64,000 nucleotides of DNA from assembly GCA_052426225.1 (NCBI GenBank), contig JBNJNM010000012.1, positions 124,001 through 188,000 on the forward strand, given 5' to 3'. The notes below the pieces were generated by a model that was given only the letters and a program-made list of their open reading frames with translations, searched no databases and was not told the DNA's origin. This document shows, in pieces, positions 21,816 through 34,211 of the stretch (position 1 is the first letter of the stretch; each line of letters begins with the position of its first letter). A program made the position numbers and the translations under genes. The DNA is from Zancudomyces culisetae HAW-14-8 (Eukaryota > Fungi > Kickxellomycota).

Positions 21816-24800
21816 ATGTCTAAACGAAACAATCAAAGCAAGACTAATAAAACTACTGGTGACCTGGAAGATCATAGAAATAAGCGAGCTAAACAAACCA
21901 CATTGTCATTTAGCAGTCAAGTTTCCACCGAATCGGATTCAGGTTACAAATCAAATCAGGAACTTTTAGTTCAATCTGATTCGTCTTTTCAACAATCACA
22001 AACTGAAAATAATGATACCTCTACTGTTGATTTGCGATCACTAAACTCCAAGGGCTTGAGTAGAAAACGAAATAGAGAACATATTAACGGAACACAGAGT
22101 ATATCAGATTTTAGAGATGGGTCAATTTTAAAAATAGTTGTAAAGAATTTTCTTGCGTATGACAATTGTGAGCTTCGCCCAGGCTCTCATCTCAACATGA
22201 TAATAGGACCTAATGGAACAGGCAAGAGTACTATAGTATGTGCAATAGCACTTGGACTCGGAGGCTCCCCAAACTTGTTGGGGCGTAGTACCGAGGTGAA
22301 GGGCTTTGTTAAACATGGATGCGACAAGGGATGGGTGGAAATCACTTTAAAGGGGCCGGGTAAAGACAAAGTAACAGTTATTCGGAGGACAATTAGTGCT
22401 AGTAGCAATTCTTCATCATACACAATAAATGGGGGTTTAGCGACATTTTCAAAGGTAGTCGAGATAACCAAGAGATTAAATATACAGATCGATAACCTCT
22501 GTCAGTTTTTGGCGCAAGATAAAGTTGTCGAGTTTTCAAAAATGAATGGGGCAGAAATGCTCAAAGCTACCCAACGAGCTGTTGGAAAGGAGAATTTGGC
22601 AGAGCTTCAGCAACAATTGGTTGAGCTTAAAGCAGAGGAAATGAGAGCAAATTACGAGATTGATCAGGAGAAGGAGGCAGTAGAACATTTGGAAAAACAA
22701 AGAGAACGATTGCGAAAGGAAGTGGAGAGGTTTGAAGAATACCAGCGACTTGAGAAGCAAATTCAATCTTTAAGGTATCAGATCCCGTTTGCAAAATATA
22801 ATCTAGCCCAATTGAAATATTCAGAGAGTAAAAGTGAACGAAATATGTTAAAAGACAACTACAATAATCTTGTAAAAGAACAAGGACCGATAAAAAGGAT
22901 TATTGAAAAAAATGAGCAGCTTATTCGGAATACAAGGCAGGAAGTATTACAGAGACAAGGCGAGATTGGTAGCAAGAAATCTGAAATTGATATCAGGTTA
23001 AACAAAATAGATAAATTGGAACAAAAAATCAATGATAAACGTAACGAACTCAAAGAAATAGAAAAATATTATGAGCGGCTAGAACTCGAAAAGGCTGAAT
23101 TAGAACAAGAAATAAGACAAATGGAAAAAGGATTGGGAGAGCGGCCTTCAGATTCGGGAATAGCAGAGGCAAACAAAATGATAGAGGAGGTGATGAAAAA
23201 GGAGAAGGAAATAAGAATAAATCTAAGAGAAGTTCAGGAGCAGATAATAAACATCAAGAATGCAGCTAGGGAGGGGCAGTCAGGGTTGAATCAGTTGACA
23301 GAAGAGCTGCAGCGGCTGGAGGATGTAAAGACACAACGGATCCAGGTGCTGAAACGCTATAATGCGGACACGGTTAAAGGATTAGAATGGCTGGACAGCC
23401 GTAGAACGGAATTTAGTGAACATGTGTTTGGACCTGTTGCATTAGAGCTACGACTTGTAGATTCGAAACACGCCGATACTTTGGAGGCACTAATTCAACC
23501 GGCTACGTTAAAATCCTTTGTATGTCAAAATGAAAGAGACTATCGACATCTCACAAAACGACTGAATGATGAAATGAAGCTGCGAACGAATGCGGTAATG
23601 TTGAGCCATTTGAACCTAGAAGATTTTAAACCACCATTTTCGCGGACTGAACTAAAAAAGTGGGGGTTTGACTGTTTTGCTACAGACTTGGTCCAGGCCC
23701 CACCACCAGTTACGGTGGCTCTGTGTAATAGTGACCATTTACACCGCATCCCAATTTCATTCAATGGGAATATTGATCATGAGGCTCTAGCACAAACCGG
23801 GATGCTAAAAACATACATAGCCAACGGCGTAAAATATCAAGTAACTCGCAGTAGATATGGCAAAAAACAAGTTTTTACAACAACTAGCCGAGTAAAAGTG
23901 AAGAATCCGCAAGACTCTATTCTAAGCAACGGAGATAGTGTTGAATTACAAAGGCGTAGGGTATCACTAGGTGAGCAAATTGAAAAGATTCGAGAAGAGC
24001 AAACTGCAAATCAGGGTAAGATCAAAAAACTGTTAGCCCAAGAGTCTAAATTTAATCAAGCGATAGAATCCGATATTCAACCACAACTTTCTCACCAGAA
24101 ACGTGTCAAGGAGACCATTCATCGGGAGATTCAGGTTTGGGAACGAAGTCGGGTAAAACTTGAGTCTAAAAAGGCGCGGTTGATAATTCTTGCTAGCGAT
24201 CTGAGCCTATCTGCAAAACAAGCTAAAGAAGCCAAGGTCATCGAATCGATAAAATCTACTTCTAGCGAGAAGCTGGTTCTTATCAGTCGAGCCAGTAAAG
24301 AATTTACAGATGTTGTTCATTTAGAAAACCAGTTAGTTTTGATCCACCACCAATTATATGTTGCCCAATCGCAGCTACAAACAACCAAACAAAGCTTTGC
24401 GGAGACACTGGAACGGATCGAATCAGCCTCGGTGTTATTTGAACAGGCTTCAGAAAACTTCAAAAAGGCCAAAGCCTATGTTTCCCAGTGTCTGGAAAAC
24501 CTAGAATTGGCAGCACGCGAAACTGAGCTTTCATCTGAAGAACTCGAATCACTCAGAGATTCTATGTCTGAATCTTCCGAATCCTCTGACCTTCAGCATC
24601 TTGAAATCAGCCTAACTTCGGCATTACAACGTCTGTCACTGTTTAACAAGCAGGGGTTGTCAACCGCAAGCCACGGAGCCGTCAAAGAATACAAATCTCG
24701 ACTCCAGGACGTGGAGTCCAAACGTGCGCGGATAACTTCTCTTCAATCCAAACTTTCAAAGCTGGCCGCCAAGAAACAGACGCTTCGAAACTCTTGGGAG

Positions 24801-25406
24801 CCCCCTCTACGCGAATTAGTCGATAACATCAGTACGCACTTTGCTGCAGCCATGCAAACTCTCAACTGTCTTGGAGAGGTCCGATTGGTGACCAATATCA
24901 ATGCTAGTGGCGGCCCAACTGCTCCCCAATTTCTTCCTCGTCGCTCTGATTCATTGGATGAGCAGTTTGATCTATGGGGCATTCATGTTTATGTAAGTTT
25001 TCGCTCAAATGAACCTGTACAACTACTAACCAACCATCGCCAATCCGGTGGTGAGCGTGCCGTTTCTACGGCGCTGTATCTCCAGGCTTTACAGGCCGCA
25101 ATTATTTCCTCTTCGCTGTCTCAAGGCTCGGTCTCCAGTATACCTCCCTTCCGCGTTGTTGATGAAGTAAACCAAGGTATGGACCCTAAAAATGAACGTC
25201 TTATTCATTCTTTGATTGTGAACAGCACGACCATCGCTACGTCTGACGTTGATTCTTCTCAGGACTCTGTTTCCACCCAGTTTTTCCTGATTACTCCTAA
25301 ATTGCTAACCAACTTGGATTATCATGAAAATATCAAAATACATGTGATCTATAATGGAGAGTGGCAGCCCGAACGCTTCAGCCTTAGCGATTACATTCCT
25401 GTTTAG
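21816..25406 (+). CDS. SMC5: Structural maintenance of chromosomes protein 5 (single exon)
   Basis: Walker A GPNGTGKS, IQIDNLCQFLAQDKV, long coiled coils, signature QSGGERAVST and Walker B PFRVVDEVNQGMDPKNER typical of SMC5. Confidence 0.95.
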   Translation: MSKRNNQSKTNKTTGDLEDHRNKRAKQTTLSFSSQVSTESDSGYKSNQELLVQSDSSFQQSQTENNDTSTVDLRSLNSKGLSRKRNREHINGTQSISDFRDGSILKIVVKNFLAYDNCELRPGSHLNMIIGPNGTGKSTIVCAIALGLGGSPNLLGRSTEVKGFVKHGCDKGWVEITLKGPGKDKVTVIRRTISASSNSSSYTINGGLATFSKVVEITKRLNIQIDNLCQFLAQDKVVEFSKMNGAEMLKATQRAVGKENLAELQQQLVELKAEEMRANYEIDQEKEAVEHLEKQRERLRKEVERFEEYQRLEKQIQSLRYQIPFAKYNLAQLKYSESKSERNMLKDNYNNLVKEQGPIKRIIEKNEQLIRNTRQEVLQRQGEIGSKKSEIDIRLNKIDKLEQKINDKRNELKEIEKYYERLELEKAELEQEIRQMEKGLGERPSDSGIAEANKMIEEVMKKEKEIRINLREVQEQIINIKNAAREGQSGLNQLTEELQRLEDVKTQRIQVLKRYNADTVKGLEWLDSRRTEFSEHVFGPVALELRLVDSKHADTLEALIQPATLKSFVCQNERDYRHLTKRLNDEMKLRTNAVMLSHLNLEDFKPPFSRTELKKWGFDCFATDLVQAPPPVTVALCNSDHLHRIPISFNGNIDHEALAQTGMLKTYIANGVKYQVTRSRYGKKQVFTTTSRVKVKNPQDSILSNGDSVELQRRRVSLGEQIEKIREEQTANQGKIKKLLAQESKFNQAIESDIQPQLSHQKRVKETIHREIQVWERSRVKLESKKARLIILASDLSLSAKQAKEAKVIESIKSTSSEKLVLISRASKEFTDVVHLENQLVLIHHQLYVAQSQLQTTKQSFAETLERIESASVLFEQASENFKKAKAYVSQCLENLELAARETELSSEELESLRDSMSESSESSDLQHLEISLTSALQRLSLFNKQGLSTASHGAVKEYKSRLQDVESKRARITSLQSKLSKLAAKKQTLRNSWEPPLRELVDNISTHFAAAMQTLNCLGEVRLVTNINASGGPTAPQFLPRRSDSLDEQFDLWGIHVYVSFRSNEPVQLLTNHRQSGGERAVSTALYLQALQAAIISSSLSQGSVSSIPPFRVVDEVNQGMDPKNERLIHSLIVNSTTIATSDVDSSQDSVSTQFFLITPKLLTNLDYHENIKIHVIYNGEWQPERFSLSDYIPV

Positions 25407-25696
25407 TCTACATAATTCGCTTTCATTTATTTATTTTATCTTTGAACTCTACTGCTTTACTTTTCCATTGATTGATGTACATGTTAACTCCCATGGACTT
25501 ATTTTCATAGTTTATTTGAACTTTTTTCTTTTGCATTACAAAGTTTTTTGATTGAAACGTGGGCATCAATTCAGGTTTATAAATGGTTAAGAAAATAAAA
25601 GTTTACATTCACTATCACTAATAAACTCATCAATATTAAAAATACCCTCCTCCTCCTCCTACTCCTCCCTCTACTCCTGTTGCTGTCTGTAATTGA

Positions 25697-26409
25697 CTAT
25701 TCAATCCTTCTTTTTACTTTTTTTTCCTTGTATGGAATTTTCAAGTCAACAGCGGCTTCGGTCTTTGATGTAAAAAATCCAATATATGGAACACGTTCAA
25801 TCACTAGTGATAGTTTGCCGTTTTTAACATCTTTGCCATTAAATGAAGTGTACAAATCGCGGAATCGGTACTTGTTGATGTGCTTTTTTAAATTCAGCTC
25901 TTTCTTTTGCAGACTCGACTTCTTCTTTTTGCTACCTGCTTTCCTTGTAATTATCCTATCCCAGATTACCACTTTGCTTTGCTTTGGTTTAGGTTCGCTT
26001 TGCTCATACTCACTCACTAAATATACAAATAATTGCTTGGTGTTCCATGTAAACAAAGGCTCCAAATCTACATTTAAATTAAACTTGACTTTTAAAAACT
26101 CGGCTCTGCGGGAAGTAGGATCGTAATAGTCATGCATTCCCCCCTCCAGCCTAATAGTTAAATTTAACCACGTTAGTATATGAATTTTTGTCATCTATTT
26201 GTAGTTTTAATTCCAAAATATAACGTTCAATAAACTATACAAGATTGTTATTGTAAACATACTTACAATTTTAGTTCCTCAACTTCAAACTTTACATCCT
26301 CAACGCTCTTATAGTTCATAGTCACAAATGAGAGTAGCAACACAAGAACCATCAGAACCGAAACGGCATATGATGATGTATTACTTATCCTATTTAGCGT
26401 CTTGTTCAT
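25697..26409 (-). CDS. SPC3: Signal peptidase complex subunit 3 (SPC22/23), 2 exons (26409-26267, 26150-25697)
   Basis: N-terminal signal anchor in exon 1. A GTAAGT...TAG intron joins in frame. Motifs DLEPLFTWNTKQLFVYL and VVIWDRII. Confidence 0.9.
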
Positions 26410-27237
26410 CTTTTTTTTCCCTTCTGCTTATTCCTTCCTTATTCTTGTTATCCTTTAGTTTTTCTGGGTTCTTTGTAAATGCGTATAGCAAATACAGCCT
26501 ATTTTAAACAAATATAATTAAATATGTTATTTTCGCTTCAAATTTTGGTGTTTAATTTTGCTTTTCATTTCAATTGACTATTGGTTGGACTATTTCGTTT
26601 ACATATGCGCTCTAGTCATTGTTCATGTTGAGTAAACTGTAACTATTATTCAATTAGGCTTTAAACATGCTGGAGTTTAAACTAAATGTGTAAGGAGCCT
26701 TAATCAATTGCAGTTAACAACTCTTGTTTGTTCATCCCTTCTCCTCCACCCCCCCCTCCGACTAATAATTATTTGTTTCTCTTTATTTATTATGTTTTTA
26801 CTACATTTAACTTTTATCTACTGTGTCGTTTTTGAAACGGACGCTCTACCTTGATGTAGAACAAAATGAATCTTTCTGTGAACTAGCAAACATTCAATAG
26901 CTTTAACCCTGATATTGACACTAACATTAACACTCCAAAATTCTACTACGGGATTGATTTTACATTATACAAAACTTTGATATATGTATGTTGCAGGTTT
27001 TCATTTCAACCTTTAAACACCCATCGTGACTCAAAATACCACACCGATTGGATTCTTCAAACTACACATCCTATCTAATTGAAATATGCATTTATTTCCT
27101 AATATATTGATAGTCTTTATGAGAAACTAACCGAAAAAAATAAACCATTTTCTTCCAAAAGATAAAGAACACGATACTCTCTCTGAGGAGTAATAATCAA
27201 GCTAATCTATACAATTTATATTTGTTGAAAAAGAAAA

Positions 27238-29460
27238 TTAAATCTTGAGTTGCTTCCTTCTAAACCAACCAACAAGATTAAAGTCAAACCATCTTTTCTT
27301 CATTGGTTTCTTGTTCTTGAGATCCAAATATCGTGGGAACACACCAAAGTACAACATATCAAGGATTTCCTCTCTTGCGTCATCAAATACGCCAAGTGTG
27401 ATCTCGCCGTCTGAAATCTGCTGTATTATTTCGTCGATAATACTTCCGTGGATATTCACGACCAGGTCAGAGTTGGGATCGATAAATACAGAGCAAAAGG
27501 ACTTGAATAGCTGATGAAGTTCTCTTGGTGCTGGTGTAGTTGAGTATATATTTGCTGATGGGAATAGATATTCCAATGATCCGCAGATTGTAAGAGATAC
27601 GGGCGCATTTGACAAAAACCTTTCCAAAACCACCGACGGAAAGCCTGAAGCGGTACCATGCATATCTGAGTTTTTCTCGCTCTTTGTGCTGAGTTGAACG
27701 CTGTCGGTGTTCGCATTGAGTTGGTTGTTCACTGGATTTTCCAAGTAGCTTCTAGTTTTATTACTATACGTTCCTGAGGTGGATTGTGTATGCACGTTTT
27801 TTCTAGACAAAACTGAATTTCTATCCATAAAGTCATCTGGATGAAGTTCCCCTTTATAAGAATTTTGAATATCAGTATTTGACTCGAAATACTCCAATAC
27901 TCTTTTTTTCAATGTTTGGTATTCATCTAGAAACAGTACCAGTTCTGAGCATAGGTAATCCGCTGCACATTGCTTCAATTGTCGATACAGCGAAGGACTA
28001 TCAAGCAATGCAAGAAACTCCCTTCTTCTATCTGCACCAACACCAGTAAAACTTGGTCTAAAGTTTTTCGACGTGCTTCTAGTTGTTCTTCTGGTATTTT
28101 GATCGTCAAAGTCGTCTTTTGTGTATGCCACGCTGTAGTTGTTCAATTTATACAGTGGATAACATATTGCTGCTGTATGTGATGCGAGCAAAACAACAAA
28201 ATACCATGTCCAGGCAGATAGTGATTTTTGAGTTGAAGCTGACAAAGCATTCCAAATAAAGAAAAGTGCGGTTGCAAACACGGTTACTATTGCCGAGCAG
28301 ATCATTTCTATCCTCAGGTTGTACGATTCGTGACATTTCTTAATGCTGTAAGCTAACAAAGGAAATCCAAACAATACCATAATTCCAAAGAGCAGAATAA
28401 AAGTAATAGTTATAGGGTTTTTGGTTGCACCCCACCCATGCTCATCAGCAGTAATATCATCTTTGTTTAGCAAGGAAATCAACACAACTACACCGACCAT
28501 CAATATCTGGAATCCAAAATATATCAACACCATAAAGTTTTCTGTGAAATATTTTTTCATTTTGGATAACTTCTTAAGCTTGAGCTGATAAAATGTCACA
28601 GCATTTCCCAAATTCAAGCTATCTTCGGGGTTTATCCAGCTTTTTGAACCATCGTTGTAATATTCTCCTGATCCAGCTGTCACACCTGTAGTACTCGCTT
28701 TGATTACTGAATAGCATGAAACCTGCGCTTCGTTTAGCTTAATTGCATATAATAGTTGGGAAGCTCTAAGAAGCACACAGAATGCCCATGGAATAAGTCC
28801 TGCGAACGAATAGATAATAATGATCAATTCTGGTAGCTCAGCATAGCTGCAGCGGACAAAGATCAATACACCTGCCACTGCGTTGACTATCGTTTGTATG
28901 AACAAAAGCTTAATTTTTCTATAGTTGAATCCTCTTCTGTTTGGAGCAGTACGTACATAATAGGACAAAAATGTAAACATGGTGTAAAACACGTAAAATA
29001 CCGACAAGGACAAATATATAAATGGTACCGAGTTTGAGGCACCAACTCTGTCCTTCAATCTTTGCACATGAGCATCACTCAAATCTGGTGGTAAGCCTAT
29101 AATTGGGTAATTAGACATATCCACACCCGGACCCCCTGGCCCACCTTGCCCACTAGGTCCGCCAGGGCCACTAGATGATTGATCAGGTCCATTCGGACTC
29201 ATTGTTTCCTCGAGACCTGCATCCCCAGGTTGTGTTGCACTACCTGTACCACTAGCGCTACCAGGTGGCTCATTGCTTGTTGGCATTGCAGTTTGTTCTT
29301 GTGTTGGTGTTGGCTTCGGTTCTTGTGTAGATGTTTGGGGAAGAACGGGTATTACTGGAGTAGGAACTCCAGATAGTGTTATTTGATTTACATATGTGTA
29401 AATATTTTGAGCTATCCCTGCGGTTGTAAACTCCTCATTAACTGGAAAGGAAACGTCCAT
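27238..29460 (-). CDS. Seven-transmembrane protein with C-terminal RGS domain (GprK/AtRGS1-like architecture)
   Basis: Seven hydrophobic segments, then RGS motifs FLALLDSP...CSELVLFLDEY and FIDPNSDLVVNI...VFDDAREEILDMLYFGVFPRYL. Confidence 0.8.
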   Translation of the reverse strand: MDVSFPVNEEFTTAGIAQNIYTYVNQITLSGVPTPVIPVLPQTSTQEPKPTPTQEQTAMPTSNEPPGSASGTGSATQPGDAGLEETMSPNGPDQSSSGPGGPSGQGGPGGPGVDMSNYPIIGLPPDLSDAHVQRLKDRVGASNSVPFIYLSLSVFYVFYTMFTFLSYYVRTAPNRRGFNYRKIKLLFIQTIVNAVAGVLIFVRCSYAELPELIIIIYSFAGLIPWAFCVLLRASQLLYAIKLNEAQVSCYSVIKASTTGVTAGSGEYYNDGSKSWINPEDSLNLGNAVTFYQLKLKKLSKMKKYFTENFMVLIYFGFQILMVGVVVLISLLNKDDITADEHGWGATKNPITITFILLFGIMVLFGFPLLAYSIKKCHESYNLRIEMICSAIVTVFATALFFIWNALSASTQKSLSAWTWYFVVLLASHTAAICYPLYKLNNYSVAYTKDDFDDQNTRRTTRSTSKNFRPSFTGVGADRRREFLALLDSPSLYRQLKQCAADYLCSELVLFLDEYQTLKKRVLEYFESNTDIQNSYKGELHPDDFMDRNSVLSRKNVHTQSTSGTYSNKTRSYLENPVNNQLNANTDSVQLSTKSEKNSDMHGTASGFPSVVLERFLSNAPVSLTICGSLEYLFPSANIYSTTPAPRELHQLFKSFCSVFIDPNSDLVVNIHGSIIDEIIQQISDGEITLGVFDDAREEILDMLYFGVFPRYLDLKNKKPMKKRWFDFNLVGWFRRKQLKI

Positions 29461-31453
29461 TCTCAGCTAATTCGTATATATTGTTTGTTTGTTTGTTTGT
29501 TTGTTTTTTCGTTTGTTTTCTGTGGTTTATAACTGTTCGATTAACCCAGTATATATCCTCAGTTTCTGAATAGATAAAACAAGATTCTTGTGAACTTGGT
29601 TGTGTATACTTTGTTATCTGGTATTAGTATATATTCGTTTTAAATTTATCCAGTCAGTTGGTTGCACTGATTTTTTTTCTTCTACCTAATACTACTATCA
29701 AATTGAAGAATATTAATCCACTTGGCCTCGGGCTTGGCTTTAAAATGTTAGAGTATGAGCAATATTCAAAATGGTCCAAGACTCTACTATAATAATAAAA
29801 TGTATTAAATGTATATTTACTAAGTATAAAAGGGGGGAAACTTATTGCAAAATAAAGAGATATGCGAAAAACGACGAAAATGGTTATGGAGTGCAATAGA
29901 TGGGAATTCAAGCAAAAAAAGTTTCCTCTGTTTCCGAGTTAACTATATTTATTGTTTTGCGTTCTCTTTTGTAATTCAAATAGCAGTGGTAATTGAATTC
30001 CCCAGTTACACTCGAAGTATTAAAGCACCATTAATACACGGCGTTGTTCTGGTATTATGTAATCATTATAAAGTTGTAAGAACACTAGCTTTAATTTCTT
30101 GGAATCCACCACTTATGAGAATTAAAAAAATGCCAGTAACCCATCATTTAGCCGAATACTTAGTTTAGAAATCCCCGTTCGCAGTCTATTTTTCTCGATG
30201 TTTCTCCCAATTTGCAATGTATATAAAGTCATCGGTTCAAAAATTTACGAAAGAGGTAGTCTGAGCATGGATTTATACAGGGATTTTTTTCATTTGCTTA
30301 GTAAAATGCCAATCTAAATTTAGAAGAAAATATAATCGCAACAAATAATTTAATACTATAAATAGACCAAATTTTTGTAAAAAAGGGCTAAAGTTATAAA
30401 TCAAAAAGTCACGAGTATCAAGAAACCACGGCGTTTCTCTTGATGGTAAATATAGATGAGCATACACACATAAGATGATAATAACAACCTCATCTTACTT
30501 GGTTTACTACGGGTATATCAAAGAGTTTATTATAATCACTCAAAGTGGTGGGAATTGTTTGTTCCAATGCTAATATGAATCAAACACGTGACCCACAAAT
30601 GCGATCATTGAGGAAAGCTAACAAACGATATCTCTTTGCAAAATCCCCGAATCTAACGGTTGTCAATCATATTGTATCCATCAATAATGGACCAGATCTA
30701 ATTAATAAAACGGGATTAAGGCTATTTAGATCAGTTATTAATTCGCGCAAACCTTGAAACTTTTGTTATATCTTTTTAAATGGTACTAGCGGCATTCTCA
30801 GCATGTTGTAATTACAATACCTCTTTATAGGGGAAGTATATGAAGATTATCCAGTTAACAAAGCGATGTTATCTGCCAACTTTGTAAGAGTTTTACATTG
30901 AAGAAACAAGTCAGTATATTCAATTTTGTGTGCAATCCGATATGCACTAAACTGGTTGTAGTTGCATGTCAGTACGATATAAATCTAAGGCCACAAACCT
31001 AGTATATGCCATTGTAGAAACTCAATTAAATCTATAAAATCATTATTACAAAAGAGACGAAAATTTTTTTTCAAAATTTTTCTGCAATACCCAATAAGTT
31101 GTGTCAGAGTTTCTAAAAAAAACATGCTCAGGTTAAGCTTCTTTATTTAAACAGCTTTCTCAGATACTCTAACACTCTCAGCTCACATTATGATGCCACC
31201 TTTTCAGTACTCAATTAAACACACACAAAAGAAAAAGGATACAACATCAATTTAAGCAACTGAGCATGCTAAATACCTACTATTTTTGTTTTATTCACAT
31301 TTTTACCATTAGTTGTCAATTAAGTTTGCAAAAAAAAAAAAAGTAAATTAATAAGTGTAAGAACTGTAAGACCAAAGGATGGATTGCGAAAAATATATAA
31401 AAAGAAAGTGTACAAGTAAATTGAAGATCAAAGGAAAAGCAAAAAATCGTGTG

Positions 31454-32876
31454 CTAATTCGAGTTTTTTATAGTGTTGACAAGCCTATTTGAGTAAAAAA
31501 TATATGTATAATATTATATCACATTAGTATCATGAAGGATAATTAGATACTATAAACTGGACCTGATTACTGCTTAGAGAAAAACAAGTCACAGCGCATA
31601 AATATATATAAATATATATATATAAAGATGTTTTTTAAAAGATGTGAGAGAAACATACCAATCAAATCCTTCTGTCAGCCCTTCGCCCTTAATCGCACTT
31701 GATCTAAAAATAGCCCACTGCCTATTTTGAAGCTTAGTGATTCCCAAAGATTCGGATATTTCTGCTGCTGTTAAGGCGCCCTTGACGTCTTGTTTATTTG
31801 CAAACACCAACAAAATCGAATCTTTGAGTTCGTCCTCCTTTAACATCTCTACCAATTCATCTTTGGATATTCCTATTCTATCCCTATCACTGCTGTCCAC
31901 AACATATATTATCGCATTCGTATTTGCATAGTAACACCTCCAATATGGTCTATAGTTTAGAGCAAAAAAAAAAATTAACATTATTATTCCATACTTGCTG
32001 TAAGTTGAGGAGAGTGAAATGGAAATAAATGTGAACTTTTCAGATTGCAGTATATAAGCAAAAGTTATTATATTCGTACCTTATACTAGATTGGCCTAAT
32101 AATGTTCAATCGTAAAGATATTGCAGGGTCGAGGGAATCATAGTTAAAGAGTCTGTTTAAATCACAATTTTGTGAAAACAAACAAATACATTAAAAAATA
32201 ATATACTTTAGACTAACCTCCTAGATCCCAGACTATTTGAGTATAATAAAACAGATAAAGTCATGCAAAACATATTTAAAAGGTAAGACAAATGAGAAAT
32301 TTGGGGACAAATACCTTGGAATTTAATATTGTTATAGGTTACAGTCTCGACATTGAATCCAATTGCTATTACGAGTTGATATTAACATGCGATTGAGTAA
32401 AATGGTTCAAATAAACACTGAAGAGTTAGTTAAAGGGAAATGGCAATTTACTCGGAATCGTGGAAACTACTTCTCCCATCTATTCAGACAAACAATAAGA
32501 AAAGAAAAGAAAAGGGTGATGAGGTTAATTGAAAATCTCAAAAAAGAAAAGGGAGGAAAGGAAAAAGTAATTAAAGGGAAGTATGATATTAATAATACGT
32601 ACCTGCAGTCTATATAGAATTGTGGTTTTTCCTGCTCCGTCCAAACCAAGAATGAGAATCCGAACTTCTTTATCGCCCCAGATACTCTTGAATAGATTTG
32701 ACAGTAGTTGGCCTAGATAAAGTAAATACATTAGTGTTAGTTTTGGTTAAAACAAGCAAAAAAATAAAAGGGAGTACGGTGTGTGCATAATTGCTTATGA
32801 AAGTAAAGCTTCAGCGACTGATGGTGGGTCGGGAAGACGGAAAGAGGAAGGAAAAAGTAGAAGGTTACTTACCCAT
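31454..32876 (-). CDS. ARL1: ADP-ribosylation factor-like protein 1, 8 exons (32876-32873, 32712-32603, 32479-32452, 32365-32315, 32232-32218, 32095-32080, 31949-31659, 31484-31454)
   Basis: Spliced product MGQLLSNLF...[31 protein letters not shown]...[21 protein letters not shown]...FANKQD. All introns are GT-AG and in frame. Confidence 0.95.
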
Positions 32877-34211
32877 GGTGAGAAAACGGGTTATATATTT
32901 GTAAAGTATTCGTCTATAAATAAGAGTAGAATGAGATTGTATATTACAATTTGGATTAACTGTAAAGAGTATAAGCGTAAAAGTATTTGAAATATACAAG
33001 ACTCAAAGTTTCACAAAATTAAATACATTAAAAAAAAAAAGAAAAGTTGATAAAATACGGTAATTATTTTATCGACCAGAAAATGAAGGACAATTGTTGG
33101 AAGGTCTGGGTTGGGATGAAAGTTTGGGAGAGTTGAAGGGAGGAGTGGAGAGAGTTGAATAATTCAATTGCCCGTAAATAAATATAAAGCATAAAATAAT
33201 AATGGAGAAAATAGTTTGGCTGTCTTATAATCAAATGGTTTCTATCTTGTGTGTGTAATTGGGCTTACTTTATTTTTTTTGCGGCTGGTTAGCAAAATTT
33301 GAATTGTCAGGGAAAACAAAGTAGGGCGAAAATAAAAGTAAAGGAACGGGAGTAGGGGAAGAATGAAGAAAAGAAAAGGCAAAAAGGACATAAACAAAAA
33401 GAAAAAGAAAAAGAAAAAGAAAAAGGCGATTTGGGTTTAATGAGGTTAAGACTGGTGGATAAGTGAGAGGTAAAAGGAAAGAGGAAAGATAAAATATGAA
33501 AGAGTTGGGAGGCGGGAATTTAGAGTGTAATGTAGTTTTTCTATATTATACTACAATTGCCCTTTAAAGAAATTGGGAAAGGACAAGGAAAGAATAAGGA
33601 AAGAATAAGGAAAGGAAAGGAAATAAAAGTGATAAAAGCTAAAAACAGGGGAATATTGGGGGAGGAGTAAATAAATAAAAGGCTAAAATAAATAAAAGGA
33701 AAAAACTATGCCTTTCATTTACTTTTTCCCAACCACCCAACCACCCCCACCAACCACCAAAAAAAAAATACCATGTATGAATTAGAGAGAGGAAATTACA
33801 GTCATATTTTGTAATTCCCTTCTATCAAATTAAAACACGACAAAAACGTGGATGTTGTTTATTATTATTTTATTTTATTTAATTTTATTTTGAAATGGCT
33901 AAAAAAAACAATCGGTAATTTTCAGGTTAAAAAGTTGGTTTTTGGTGATATGGTATGGTAGGCAAAAATAAAAATCAAAGGAAATATCATACATATTAGA
34001 TCATGTACTAAAAAAAAATTTTTTTGCATAAACCAAAAATACAAGCCAAGTTACAACAAAAATAATATCAACACTACAATAAGAAAACACAATCTATTAT
34101 TATTATTATTGCTATTTTATTTTTACATTAACAAGACGTGTACAAGGACAAATTCTTGATTGCACTCCAGGTCAAAAAAAAAGAGCAAAAAATCATACTT
34201 TTCAACATATA

